Notes: generated by a model from the sequence alone, not told the origin. 64,000 nucleotides of DNA from Eledone cirrhosa (GCA_964016885.1 OZ024741.1:193130001-193194000), one strand, 5' to 3'. Counted from the stretch's first letter, positions 24,740-42,098 are shown. Translations and numbers: made by a program.

Positions 24740-26570
24740 GGGCTCATGCGCACGTGTCGGAAATCCTGGTCTCGCTGATGGTAATTACATCCATTTCTAG
24801 AGACCTGAGGTCGTTGAGCAGGTGACCCTGCTTCCAGGACGATCCCAGGCCTCGAACATTTAAACTTCCTACTCTTAATATGGCCATGTTGGTAGGCTAA
24901 AAGAGAGAGGAAAGGTTTACTTACCTCCCGGGCTCTTGTGAAGGTCGGGTGGTTTGACCTCCATAGTTGGTGGGGTTTCTTTTGGTAACCCCTTCAAAAA
25001 GCCTACTTGAGGTTTTTACACTGGGTGTTCCCACGTCGTTGGGGGAGCTCTCCCTAATTGTTTTATAATTGCTTCATAGCATTCGCACCAGATAAAGTGT
25101 TTGTGGCACCTTGAAGGTGAAGGTGCTAAACGCCTCCCCCTCTTTCTCTATTTCCTTCCTGCGTGTTATGAGGTTCAGTAGTGTTGTGTTCGATTTCCTC
25201 ACCAACACGAAGTTAGGTGTTGTTGTGGTTGTGAGTTGTTGCTGTGTGTTTTCTTTTAGTTGTTTGTGTTAGTGGTAGCGTTGTTGGTGGAGATGGTGTG
25301 TGTGTTGTTGCGGGGTGGGTGTTGTAGTATGCGTGTCTGTAATTGGTGCGAATGTGTGGGGGGGTTTTGCTGTTTGTGTTGGTGTGTGAGATTTCTTCTT
25401 GTATTTTCTTTTAGTGGTTTTTGGAGGGGAGACCAGTCCTCTTTTCCTCTTTTGGTTAATTCTATTGGAACGCCATATGTCCCCTTCACAATCACGCATC
25501 CCAAGAGCCACCACATATCTAGTCCTGGTGGAATCCTGGGAATTCGGACTCTAATCATCCTTTTTCCCATGTGGGAGGGGTACATAATAACCTTGCTGGT
25601 TTTGCAAGGGGTCATCGAGTGCTTCAAAGCGATGGTCTCCGCTTAAACAGCACCGAGATGGTGCCGTATTACCGACCCCTCGCTATGTTTTCTGTATCTC
25701 CTCTGATGCACCTCAGCGCAACCACGACGTCTGCTTGGGGAGGGTTTGTGGCTCTTTTCGTCTCAACTGAGATGCATCTGAAGACCAGAGTTCTCCTCTC
25801 CACCGCTCCCATGGCCTCTGCCAGGACAGTTAAGTTGACGCAGGTTTGCTCCTGTTTGATGAGCTTCCATGCCTGGGACAACTTGTTCTCCTTGCCTGTC
25901 AAGTCCATGTTGAAGCATGGCTTTTTTCCGGCTGCTGCGGCAGTGAAAGTGTTCTTGTTGGTGTCATTGATGCTGTTGGTGTTGTCGTTGTTGTTGGTGG
26001 TGTTATTTTCCTTGTTGGTGTTGTCGTTGCTGCTGAATTTTTCATTGTTTCCTTTTGTCACACTGTTTTTGTTTTTTTACACGCAGAAATGCTCATTTGT
26101 ATTGTCCTGTGGTGTCCTAAATGTTATACTTTATGTCATCCCTTGTGGTTAATAAAGAAAGCGTTATTTTTATTTATATTTGTATTTTCAATGTTGTTGT
26201 CATTGGTGCTGCTGTTGTTGGTGTTCTCATTATTGTTGGTGCTGCTGTTGGCGATACTGCCTAATGTGGTGTTGCTTTTCATATTTGTTGTGGGAGGGGC
26301 CGTTTTATTCGCCTCAACGTTTAAACCGCTGTCAGACGAAGTCGGGGGGGGGGGCGTGACTCCGCCATGTTTTTTTCTTTTAATTATATTTTAAATAAAG
26401 TTCAAATATTTGGGCCAAAAGTCCAAATATTATACTTTCCCCTTCACAGGGCAAAGTCCAAGGGCTTATGTACCTTATACGACAACAACATTTTTTACAA
26501 TAAATGATTCATGACAGGTAAATAAAGAGACTTAGGAGAGAGAACAAAACGACGCCCGATCACACCAATA
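24740..26570 (-). mobile_element. Tx1-like element, 5' half (5' UTR, ORF1, start of APE), divergent subfamily
   Basis: ORF1 pieces (VRIPRIPPGLDMWWLLG); ORF2 start MAILRVGSLNVRGLGSSWKQGHLLNDL at 24887 downwards; 5' end abuts (AAT)n at about 26573-26596. Confidence 0.8.
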
Positions 26571-26681
26571 GCCAATAATAATAATAATAATAATAAATAT
26601 GAAGACTAAAATCCCGTTAAAGGTGAAAGCAGCCATTCTTTGCTTAAACTTTCATCTGTTATTTTAATATATATATATATA

Positions 26682-26956
26682 TCCCATTCCCGCTTAGATA
26701 GAAATTTAGTATATAAACGCACCATTAAAATTAGGATAAACTGTATAATTATATAGAGGCCACTTCATCAACATTTAAGGGGCGCTGGTATAATCATAAA
26801 CGCTCTGATAAGAAATTCTCAACTTCACTGTCACAACTAATGTGGTCTTTAAAAGACAATAACACTGATTATTCAATCTCTTGGGAAAAAATCAGGAACG
26901 CTCCCATATACCAAAGTTCTTCAGTTTCGAAAATTTGTCATCTTTGTACAGAAGAA

Positions 26957-26965
<9 letters not shown>
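26682..26965 (+). mobile_element. PLE GIY-YIG endonuclease fragment between (TA)n tracts
   Basis: Manual translation: ATSSTFKGRWYNHKRS..STSLSQLMWSLKDNNTDYSISWEKI..CHLCTEE. Confidence 0.7.
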
Positions 26966-26986
<21 letters not shown>

Positions 26987-26988
<2 letters not shown>

Positions 26989-27390
26989 AACGTTTGTATA
27001 TGTATAATAAAGCCAAAACAATGCAGGTATGGACATAGAATAACGAATGCAAATGCAAAAGATATTGTTGACAATTAGTTTTTTACCTTAGATTTATTTA
27101 AATGTCCTTAATTTTCGAGATAATATCTCTTCTTCAGAGGGAAGTAAAATTGTCAACCAGTGTTCTAAATAGCTTGCCAAGTTTACTTCGCTCTGAAGAA
27201 GAGATATTATCTCGAAAATTAAGGACATTTAAATAAATCTAAGGTAAAAGACTAATTCTCAACAATATCTTTTGCATTTGCATTCTTTATTCTATCTCCA
27301 TACCTGCATTGTTTTGGCTTTATTATGCATATACAACCGTTTATCGTTTATACCTCATTACACAATGCTTCAAGTGAACTATAACTTCCT

Positions 27391-27393
<3 letters not shown>
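26987..27393. mobile_element. Fold-back mini-element (about 170-bp arms plus about 50-nt tail) with a hammerhead motif on each arm
   Basis: 26987-27157 is the reverse complement of 27173-27343; CTGAAGA-A-GAGAT-ATT-ATCTC-GAAA-ATT-A at 27193-27221 and mirrored at 27109-27137; flanked by (TA)n. Confidence 0.8.
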
Positions 27394-27466
<73 letters not shown>

Positions 27467-27471
<5 letters not shown>

Positions 27472-27570
27472 CGACGTCATACTTTTTCCTATTTCATACT
27501 CTACTACCCTAAGTATTGAGTACTCTGGTGCGTTATGGTCCATCTGGTTCCTTACCACAATTCCTTTGTT
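27467..27570 (+). repeat. Solo 3' tail of the 56501-56787 family within (TA)n
   Basis: actctactaccctaagtattgagtac..ggtccatctggttcctta is shared with about 56715-56771. Confidence 0.75.
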
Positions 27571-27608
27571 ATATATATATATATATATATGTTTATATAT
27601 ATATATTA

Positions 27609-27861
27609 GGTAGTAACATGTGCTTACGCCGTATAAGACTAAACAGAATTAGTCTGTTAGTTGAGACTTTAAAAAAACCTCTGAATGGAATGAAGGATGA
27701 GTATTGACGTACATGGGACACGAACCCACATCTTTGTGTTACCATTCAGAGGGTTTTTTTAAATCCCAACTAACAGACTAATTCTATTTAGTCAAATACG
27801 GCGTAAGCACATGTTACTACCTTACTTTCAAATTCGCTAGCCGTTTCTAAACAAAGCCTGC
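27609..27861. mobile_element. Fold-back copy of the tRNA-headed element
   Basis: Arms 27609-27688 and 27742-27821; the spacer holds the reverse complement of the T arm and acceptor 3' half seen at about 18505-18545; 40-nt tail, then (CATA)n. Confidence 0.75.
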
Positions 27862-27914
27862 ATACATACATACATACATACATACATACATACATACATA
27901 CATACATACATACA

Positions 27915-27948
<34 letters not shown>

Positions 27949-28119
27949 CACTAAAGCGATAAATAAATGTCAAATCAGATTTAGCGGTAGTGAAATGTCG
28001 TCTATTCATGTTACTAACCACTCCAGAAATGTTGATAATGTTTCTTTTATCGTACCACATTTGTTATTTGTATTGGCGTTCTTGTAGCCGTTGTTATTGT
28101 TGATGTGATTTTTAATAAA

Positions 28120-28120
<1 letters not shown>

Positions 28121-28176
<56 letters not shown>

Positions 28177-28187
28177 GCTGCTGCTCC

Positions 28188-28274
<87 letters not shown>
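28121..28274. repeat. Compound (CTA)n-(TAA)n microsatellite
   Basis: Directly visible. Confidence 0.95.
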
Positions 28275-32526
<4,252 letters not shown>

Positions 32527-32534
32527 CTCTAAAC

Positions 32535-32650
32535 GAAGAAGAAGAAGAAGAAGAAGAAGAAGAAGAAGAAGAAGAAGAAGAAGAAGAAGAAGAAGAAGAA
32601 GAAGAAGAAGAAGAAGAAGAAGAAGAAGAAGAAGAAGAAGAAGAAGAAGA
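32535..32650. repeat. (GAA)n microsatellite
   Basis: Directly visible; continues into the GAAGAAGA start of the Dong leader. Confidence 0.95.
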
Positions 32651-35600
32651 TGCACATGGTGGATAGAGTGTTATGAAATCGCTCCGGTAAGTTTTTCCTT
32701 TTTTACATATTTAAAACAATTGTGATAGAATGGATACAAATGGGACATAAGATACCAGTCTTAACTATCAGGAAGTGACAACACATAACACTATGGGATT
32801 GGGATAGGGCTGAAATATTTAATTTTGTATCAGAAATTTGTATCAGAAATTATATAGTCAAAAAAGAAAATGGTTACAAATGGTCACAAATGGAAGAAAA
32901 CAACAGCCAAATAATTTCACCACCAACACCAGAAAATTTAGCTAGAGAAAAACCAACAGCAGCAGCAACAACATCACTACAGTACTACTACCCAATCACC
33001 ACTGTCACCACTCCAACATCGCTACCACTACTATTTCCTCACTACCTCCTGTTAAGGGAGAGAAGGTAGTAGTGCCACTACACATGACTAGAAACGAGTA
33101 AGTCACCAAAAGATGTAAATAGACTGATTTAGTGACCCGGTCAAACAGCTAACAATAACACCATAATAATTATTGTTGTTGTATCTCTAAACTCTCAAAA
33201 TGTTTAGTTTAAACGATGTCAAATAATAATAATAATTGTTTCTACTTTAGGCACAAGGCCAGCAATTATCCCAGTGTATTACTGGTACTTTATTTTATCG
33301 ACCTCGTAAGGATGAAAGGCAAAGTTAACCTCGGCGTGATTTGAACTCAGACCATAAACAACAAGTCGAAAAATTACAGAATAGAACACAGACAAAAAAA
33401 TTTCAAAAGTTTTGAACGCAACACCCCCTATCTCCCTCGCTGCTATGACTACGAGCTTAGCGTAGCTAAAATCAAAAACAGCAGCAGCAGCAACAACAAC
33501 ACTAGTAACCGATGTTACTGGCCTTGAAAAAGAAAAAGGGGGAAAAAAGTCAGACATTCAAATATTACAATGAAACTTAGGTTTATTTTTTTAAGTTTTT
33601 ATTTATTTATTTGTTTATTTATTTATGTTCGTCTACAGCGTGATGGTGCCACGCTAAAATCACCGGGGGTGATGAAATCACCGGTGTTTATGTAACCATA
33701 CATTCACCAATCCTCGATAAGAGTGTTAAAATGTCGGACCTAAACAGTTCGAATAACGGTGAAAAGGAGACTGGAACGTCATGTGAAAGACTGTCACCCA
33801 GCAAGTGCTCCATGGCCCAACAGCAGGGACCTGGCTGTCATCGAAATACTGTTGGTGTTGGAGGAAGAAGAAGGAAAGGAACAAGAACCAACTGGACGAA
33901 AGAATTGAATAGAACTGTCATGGAATGTTACCTGAAGAGTAATCAGATGGAAAAAGACTATAGGAAACGGATGCATAACATCTGAAATGAGATTGGTCTA
34001 TATAAATTAGGTGAACAAAGATAATAAGAACTAATGGATGGATAAGCGGGTTGGAACTGGAGGAACTGAGCAGAGAGATTAAGTTGGAAATGGAGAGTGG
34101 AGTATGTTAGGCAAACGAGCCAGTGGGAAATTAAAGTGAAGAGGTTGAGAGACCTGAGGAAGTATCCGAAGCAGACAATGATCTGAATGCTGAAATAAAT
34201 AACATCTCGAACAAAGATACGGCCATTGAGGAAATGAAAGCTGACGGGCTAGGACAATATTTGGTTGATATCCTGAACTTAGTTGTAGATGAAATGAACA
34301 ATGATAGTGGGAAATCTATGAACCTAAGATTTGTAGACAGGAAAAGGTTAAAAGAAACAACAGCTAAGGTAAACAAAGTCATCCCATACGTAGAGGCGAG
34401 GAACCTTCACCAATGCAACAATATCCTCAAAGAAACCGCAAATGCGGTGTGGAAATTACTTGGCATCAAAAGGAGAGGAAACAACAAACAAGAAAGATCA
34501 GAACCTTGGTGGAAGAAACGACTGAATGGTCAACTCAAGGAAATGAGAAGAGACATTGGAAAGCTTGAGTCCTTACTGAATGGGACATTACAAAACATAG
34601 ACACTAAAGATAAATTGGAAATAAAATACGAAACTAGGGGAAAAAAGCTAAATATATCATAGAGGAACTGAAGCAACGTATTGTAGCAAAAAGTGCAAAG
34701 ATTGTGGGAGCAGGATGTTGAACATAATAGTCAGGCAGTGTGTATTGAGACAGTTCAAAAGGAGATTAGTGAACAAGCACACCAACAACCTGATTTGAGT
34801 ATCACAGTTGAAACTCTTAAAGGACAGGCCAAAAAACTAACCAACTGGAAATCACCAGGCCCAGATGGTATGCAAGGGTATTGGATTAAAAATATAACAT
34901 CCTTCTACCCGAAACTGACAACCATGTTCAATGACTGCTTGATGTCAGGTGAGGTACCAGAGTGGTTGACAAAAGGTACCACAGTTCTGGTAAGGAAAGA
35001 CCGAATCAAGTGTAATGATGTTACCAACTATAGGCCTATCACATGTCTGTCCGTAATGTGGAAACTGTTAACAATCATTGTGTCCGAGGAAATTTACCAT
35101 CACCTCCACATAAACACCTTGTTACCGGACGAACAGAAGGATGCCGAAAGAAGTCCCGTGGTACAAAAGACCAGTTACTTATTGATAAGATGGTAATGAG
35201 GAATTGCAAGAGGAGGCACACTGGTCTTGCCATGGGATGGATAGATTACAAAGAGTCATTCGACATGGTACCTCATTCTTGGATAACCAAAAGCCTAGAG
35301 ATCTTCTTCAAGGTGGCAGATAACATCAGACAGTTGTTGAGCGAAAGTATAAAGTCCTGGGAAACAGAGTTAACATCGGGTGGAGAATCCTTGGGAGGCG
35401 TGAAGATCAAGAGAGGTATCTTCCAGGGTGATAGTTTGTCCCCTCTGCTGTTTGTCCTTGCCCTGATACCCCTGACCATTATATTGCGAAAAGTGAGAGC
35501 AGGATTCAAGTTGGGAAAAGGAGAGCTTACCATCAACCATCTCCTCTTCATGGACGATCTTAAACTCTTTGGGAAGAGTGAGAAGGAGTTGGATGTACTT

Positions 35601-37020
35601 ATTGACACTGTCCGTATTTTCAGCAATAATATATGTATGGTTATTTGGTATTAATAAGTGTGGAGTCCTCGTGATGAAGAGGGCTAAATTAAGCAGAAGC
35701 TACGGAATCCAGGTACCACAGGTGAGATGATAAAGGAAATTGACACTGAAGAGGGATACAAATATTTAGGTGTTCTAGAGGCAGATGATACCAAGACCAA
35801 AAGAATGAAGGAATTGATAAGATCTGAGTACATAAGGATAGAAAGGAGCGTATTAAAATCACATCTAAATAGTAGGAATGTCATAAGTGCAGTGAATTCC
35901 AGAGCTGTGTCTATTATTAGGTACAATGCAGGAATTCTGAAATGGAATATTGCTGAACAAAAATGAAGCTATTGACTATCTGCAACATGTTCCACAAGAG
36001 GAGTGATGTTGATAGACTCTACTTAAATAGATCTGAAGGTGGAAGAGGTCTTATCAGCATAGAGGACTGTGTTCAGATGGAGAAAAACAACCTGCACAAA
36101 TATGCGACTGACAGTAGGGAGCCAATGCTCAAAATTGTACTGAAGGAGAAGACAATAGACCAGGGGATGTCCAAGGAGGAAATAACAACAAGGAAGAAGA
36201 ACAACCTTCATGAAAAATCCCTTCATACTATCTTCTTTAAGAAAATTGAATTTAGAAATCCACAGACATGGAACTGGTAAAAAGAGGAGACCTTAAAAAG
36301 CTACAGAAGGAATGCTAATGGCTGCGCAAGTGCAAGCCCTCAGAACGAAGAGGGTGAAAAACCATATTGACAAGGAGGAGGCTAGCTCGCTGTGTATGAT
36401 CTGTGGAGGGAGAGAGAGGAGACTGTGGCTCACATTGTATCCGAGTGTAAACACCTAGCCCAGTCTCACTATAAAGGCTGGAGATATGATGTGATGGGCA
36501 GGGTGATTCACTGGCATCTATGCAAACTAAACAATTTACCATAATCTGAGAAGTGGTATGAGTATAAGGCAGAGCCGGATAGAAAACGATCAGGTGAAGG
36601 TCCTATGGTATTTTAGGATACAGCCGGACAAGAAATTATAACACAATAGGCCTGACCTGGTGGTTTTGGACAAGGAAAAAAGATCGTGCCTGATTGTAGA
36701 TGTAGCCTGCCCATTTGACACGAGAGTGCAAGAAAAGGAGAGAGAAAAAATTAACTGATACCAGGACTTAAAGTGGGGGTTAAAAAGGATTTGGGACTGT
36801 CATGAGATCAAGGTCGTCCCGATTGTCATAGGAGCACTAGGTACTATCTCAAAGAGTTTCCAAGGATGGTTAAAGAAGATTAGTCCAGCCCCGCTTTTCG
36901 GAACACTTCAAAAGGCATGCTTGCTGGGAACAGCAAGAACCCTCCGATACGTCCTGAATATCTGAGGCTGCAGGTAGCAAACTTTCTAGTTAAATAACAT
37001 CAATGACTGAGAGTCAAAGA
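32645..37020 (+). mobile_element. R4/Dong-like family A copy with homologous leader, decayed
   Basis: ORF starts MSDLNSSNNGE at 33731; RT and REL pieces to 36965; leader aligns with 28278-29560; ends in (AAT)n; SINE fragment inserted at 33233-33352. Confidence 0.9.
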
Positions 37021-37037
37021 ACAATAATAAATAATTA

Positions 37038-37769
37038 TGATTTCATTTATTGGCCACAAGAGTCGACATGTAGGGTACAATACAAAGACACAGACATTGG
37101 GGGGTTACAATAAGGTCGAGTAAAAGTGCACAATGGCAAGACTAATTTAACAATGGAGATATAAAGATATAAAATAAACTATGTATAAATATAACAAAAG
37201 AAATTCTCCTATAGATGGTGGACGACTCAGGGGTGACTCAGGAACCCCACCAATCCTGAACCACCCTGCGCTTCTAGGCACCGGGGAGAGCACCCTTCTC
37301 CTCCTCAAATTAGCTAGCATGGTCAAAGTACGCCATTCACACGGGCCTTTCACACCACATTTATCCACCTTTTAGCAAATGTACTGGGAGGCAGCACTTC
37401 TCTCTCCATCCTCACCTTCCTTTCCAGGTGAAACTTGAAGAAGTTGATGAGGGATTGGCCGAAGAGAAAAGTGTCTGTCTTCAGTCCTTTCAATCTGGTC
37501 CACCATAAAACCTCTTTCGCAACTGCCACCAGAAATAGGAAAATTGCCTGCTCTTCCTGGCTAAAGGAAGGCGGCGGGTCGAACTTCACTATGGACTCGG
37601 TCGATAGCCGGATCCGTTCTACACGCGACAATAGCTGTTCGACATAACTCCACAAGTCAGTAATGCACGGACATTGGACAAGTGCGTGCAGAACGGTTTC
37701 GTCGTTCTGTGCGCATCTTGGGCAGGTCCGTCTGACAGCACTTCCGTGCCTGTAGAGTTTAATCCGAAC
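37038..37769 (-). mobile_element. Tx1 3' fragment
   Basis: TCPRCAQNDETVLHALVQCP in ORF 37350-37808; 3' end cttgtggccaataaatgaaatcat next to (ATT)n. Confidence 0.88.
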
Positions 37770-37774
37770 CTGCT

Positions 37775-37993
37775 TTAAGGTCATGCCTCGAAGGAAGAGA
37801 TACTCCATTGGCCGAAATACTGCGAAAGAGGCAAGAAAAAGAACAAGGCGGGCAAACGAATCGTCAGTGGAATCTGCTATTCGACGATCGCAAGGCCGAG
37901 GTATTCCGTACTTCTCTGTACTGTTTCAGAAAGGAGGGATAAACAGGCCAATCTATGTTTAGAATCCCGAGTAACGCCGGGCCATTCTGCTAC
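37775..37993 (+). mobile_element. Non-autonomous Helitron remnant
   Basis: MPRRKRYSIGRNTAKEARKRTRRANES from ATG 37783 resembles animal RepHel N-termini; subterminal hairpin CCCGAGTAACGCCGGG at 37966-37981, 8 nt, then CTAC (CTAG consensus). Confidence 0.6.
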
Positions 37994-38152
37994 CATATCT
38001 ATATATTAGTTATATTCAACGTTATATGTTGTTGGGTTATATAAAAATAAGATCAAAGGAAACGTATAAACGAAAAACGAACTACAATAAAATAAAAAAT
38101 AAAAAAATGCGTTCACATACAAACAACTTCTTTCATATATTGCTAGCTATAA

Positions 38153-38334
38153 TAATTGTTTCTACTTTAGGCACAGGGCCAGCAATTACCCAGTGCATTA
38201 CTGGTACTTTATTTTATCGACCCCGTAAGGATGAAAGGCAAAGTCAACCTCGGCGGGATTTGAACTCGGATTGTAAAGGGACGTAACTATGCTGGAAAAC
38301 ATGGCGTCCGACCCTCTACCGATACTGCCAATCC
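38153..38334 (-). mobile_element. CORE-type SINE
   Basis: Reverse complement of the family consensus; older relatives at about 38620-38740 and 40290-40440. Confidence 0.88.
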
Positions 38335-38956
38335 ATATAATAATGTGTATTATATATAATTAATATAAATAATAATTAGTGATATCTGGAAGTGTCTCCC
38401 CTACTCCCCCAAAAGAATATAAATCATTGACCAAGTGTTGTGTTGTTTCCTCATTGCATATAACTACTTCTGTCATGACTATCGAGGATGGTTTCGTAGC
38501 ATGTACTACACTTTCACTAATAATATTAGGTAGCGATAATGTCGTGAGTATACACACCCTTTCGACCTAGTGGAACATCCAGGATGTGTCAGCAAGGGGC
38601 ATAGAAGGCTGCACATACTATCTTTTTTGTCGACCCTGAAAGAATAAAAGGCAAACTCGACCACGTGATGATTTGAATGCAGATCGCAGAATGGCGGAAG
38701 AAATATTGCAACACATTCTATCTGACACTCTAACGAGTGCCAAAGCGATTGCGTTATTCACTGCATATACTAAATATGTTAACACTAACTTAACTGTTGT
38801 TCTTTATGCAGATGGTGTCCTTCAGCATCAATCTCAATGATTTGTTTTTATAAATATTCAAATGTTTATTCCTACCTTTGTAGAATATTGTATATCAACA
38901 ATATTGTACATTAACAAAACAAGTACAAGGAAATGTATGTGTGTTTGAAGTATTCT

Positions 38957-39389
38957 AACTAGACCTGAAAAATGTGCAAGCTCAAAAGAGCCACAGAATG
39001 TTATAATAAACTTTCAAAAGTGTGGGACTAGAGTTGTTGCTCAAAAATATTGTAATCATTATCTATCGTACACTCTGTGGCATCCTTTTATAAAAAAGAG
39101 ACTCATAACGAATAATTATTTAAGCTAATATTCAATATCTCATATTAGATGTTTAGTAATGATTAATACGAAATGCACTTAAACCGAATTCTATATTATA
39201 AATTAACTTAAATAATTATCGTGTCGTCTTGAGTTCGTTATGAGTCTCTTTTTTATAAAAGGATGCCACAGAGTGTACGATAGATAATGATTACAATATT
39301 TTTGAGCAACAACTCTAGTCCCACACTTTTGAAGGTTTATTATAACATTCTGTGGCTCTTTTGAGCTTGCGCATTTTTCAGGTCTAGTT
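38957..39389. repeat. Long inverted repeat (about 156-bp arms, 121-bp AT-rich spacer), MITE-like or local inverted duplication
   Basis: 38957-39112 is a near-perfect reverse complement of 39234-39389; no clear TSD. Confidence 0.85.
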
Positions 39390-39809
39390 TAATATTTTTT
39401 TAAGGCAATGCTTGTAATAACTCTAGTTAAACATGATATATATTAATAATAAATTATCGTTGTAATGTAATTAGATTATATAATTGTTATTTATAAATAA
39501 TCTTATATATATTATTGTAAGATGTATAAAAATATTTTCAGACTTTTAATATAACCAACTACAAAAAACAATTAATATTAAATAAATATATTTTACATAA
39601 TAATTGTTATAGTTCAATTAATAAAAATTAAATATTACATACAAATAGTCTAACATAATAATAATAAAATAATCTAACATAAAACGAACAATAATAGGGA
39701 CAAATATACAAGTAAATATGATACAACCAATATTATAAGCATGTTATAACGAACTGAAGAAAAAAATAGTTAATATAAATTTAAAAAAATCATATATAAA
39801 TTAACAATA

Positions 39810-39955
39810 TAACTTACCAAAACGAGAAAAATATTTTGATGTTAAACGACGAAATACAGGAGGAAGATTCGAAAGCGAAACGATAAATAAACGTGCAAAC
39901 AAAGTGGCGGGTGCTTTTGAGTAACAATTACTCTCATTGGTTGATTAGCCAATAA
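39810..39955 (-). promoter_or_regulatory. Possible Pol II promoter with a short first exon
   Basis: Minus-strand donor G|GTAAGTT at about 39811-39818, CpG-richer segment, GGCGGG at about 39906, opposed CCAAT boxes at about 39936 and 39949. Confidence 0.3.
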
Positions 39956-41588
39956 GACGATACATTACAAAAGATGTGTGGCAGGGATCACCACGGCCAG
40001 CGAAACTCCAATTTTCTTTTATTCACAAGCTACGCATATATGTCAGACATGCAGACTTAAAACATTCTGTTGTTAGTCACTGCGTGTCTAACAGATAAGA
40101 TTGAAAAATGTCTGGAATCAATCATTGAAACATTGCTGTCTTTTGTTGACCGTATAATTTTATTAAATATCTAATGCTCATTTAACTAAATATGTCTATA
40201 TAAAATTAACTATAGTTTTTCATGTGGGTAGTGTCTCTAGGTAGTTCACAGTACTGGTTTAGTCTTTGAAATATAATTGAAGGGGAGGGGTAAGTCGAAT
40301 AAATCGACGCCAGTGCATTGTTATTCATCGACCCCGTAAGGATGAAAGGCAAAGCTATCCTCGGTGGGAATTAAACTCAGAACGTAAAGCCGCAAAGCAA
40401 GGTGTCTGACGCTCTACCGATACTGCCAATCCACCACCCTTTTAAATAATATCGATGGTTCCATATAGTCTTTGAAATATAATAATAGATAATTTTAGAA
40501 CACATTGCATGTACGTATAACTACAGAGTATAATCTTCGCCGTGAAAATGTTAACAAGTTTGAAAACATTCAGTTCTCTTCGTACACAGACAACCATAAG
40601 AGATTGCCTTTACAAGTTTCAATGGTGATATGATGTTCATCAAAAGACAAGTGTCCTTATCTTTCTTCTAACAAAGGGAATGTATAATTCAAAATCTCTT
40701 TATATCAAACGCAAACCAAAATTTAACTGTAATGGTTCGGCTAACTGCATTTAATTTATAACGCCGTGGGTGAATGGATATTACGTATATTTTAAGACAA
40801 TGAAGGGTAATTTGAGGGAGTTTGGTCTACTCTCTCCAGAACATCGAGTAGCCTTGGACACGCACCCTCATTAATCATTCATCTTATTGTTACCACTACT
40901 GTGCTACTACTGTTGATTTTATAGTAGTCACTATTCTTGTTGCTGTTGTTGCTACTGTTCTTTCTTCTGCAGTTGTCATCGTTGTTACAGCAGTGGCTTT
41001 TACTATTGTTGAGACTGTTACTGTCGTTGATATTTATTTGTTAGTCTCCATCTATAATCTACTTCCTTCTCCATCAACTCTCAATTCATTAATACCATCT
41101 GACATATTACATATGCTTCACCCAACTTCACCGCCATTTTATGGCACTTTACATTTGTCATCTTCATAATTATTGGTAGTGTTAGTGTTGATGGCGGTAG
41201 TTGTGATGTAGGTGCTGCTGCATCTGCTGTTGTTATTAGGGTGGTGATGAAAGTGATGGGGATGTTAGTACTGGTGGTGCTTGTGGTGGTCGTCGTTCTG
41301 GTGGCTGTGATGGTGCTGTGAGTTTTTTTCTCTTCTTTCAGTCATATTTATAAGTTGTTATTGAAGTTGATCGTATAGCTCTAATTACTGTCGTTGTTGT
41401 TGAAATTGTTATAGTTGTTTTCTTTGTTATCTTTTGTTTAATGTATCCCGTTATTATAGTTATATTTGTGGTTATTGTTATGTTTGAGATTTGGCTTAGA
41501 AATGCAATTCATGTTTAGCGTTAGCAGAAACATACGCCCACCAACACACATCTACACATCCATACACATACACATCTCTCTGTCCGTC

Positions 41589-41700
<112 letters not shown>

Positions 41701-41724
41701 TCTTTCTCTCATCCTCTCGCTATA

Positions 41725-41756
<32 letters not shown>

Positions 41757-41789
41757 CACACACACATGTATATATATATATAACATCGG

Positions 41790-42098
41790 TTACAAATGAC
41801 CATGTGATTTGCACCATGTGATTTGCGCAAGTCCGGACAGGGTCGTTTGAGGAAGACCAGCAGTCGTCCATGCATACCAGCCTCCCCTCTCCACATCACC
41901 AGTGATGTCCAAGGGAAAGGCTATGGCCGATACAGCTTGGCACCAATGACGTCGCAACTTATTTCTACAGCTGAGTAAACTGGAGCAACGTGAAATAAAG
42001 TGTCTTGCTCAAGGGCACAACGCATCACCCTGTCCGAGAATCGAACTCACAGCCTTTCGATTGTAAGCCCAATGCTCTAACCACTAATCTATGCGCTT
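41790..42098 (-). mobile_element. Second tRNA-derived SINE family
   Basis: Minus-strand A box tagtggttagagc, B box gagttcgattc, then gtgcccttgagcaagacac..ccagtttactcagctg; degenerate + strand relative near 53255-53520. Confidence 0.8.

Noticed and set aside
38360-38570. Short ORFs as host exons
   Set aside because: No recognisable domain and no consistent splice frame.
40880-41470. GTT/GGT-rich stretch as a mucin-like exon
   Set aside because: Stops and no open frame; resembles decayed low-complexity retroelement leaders.
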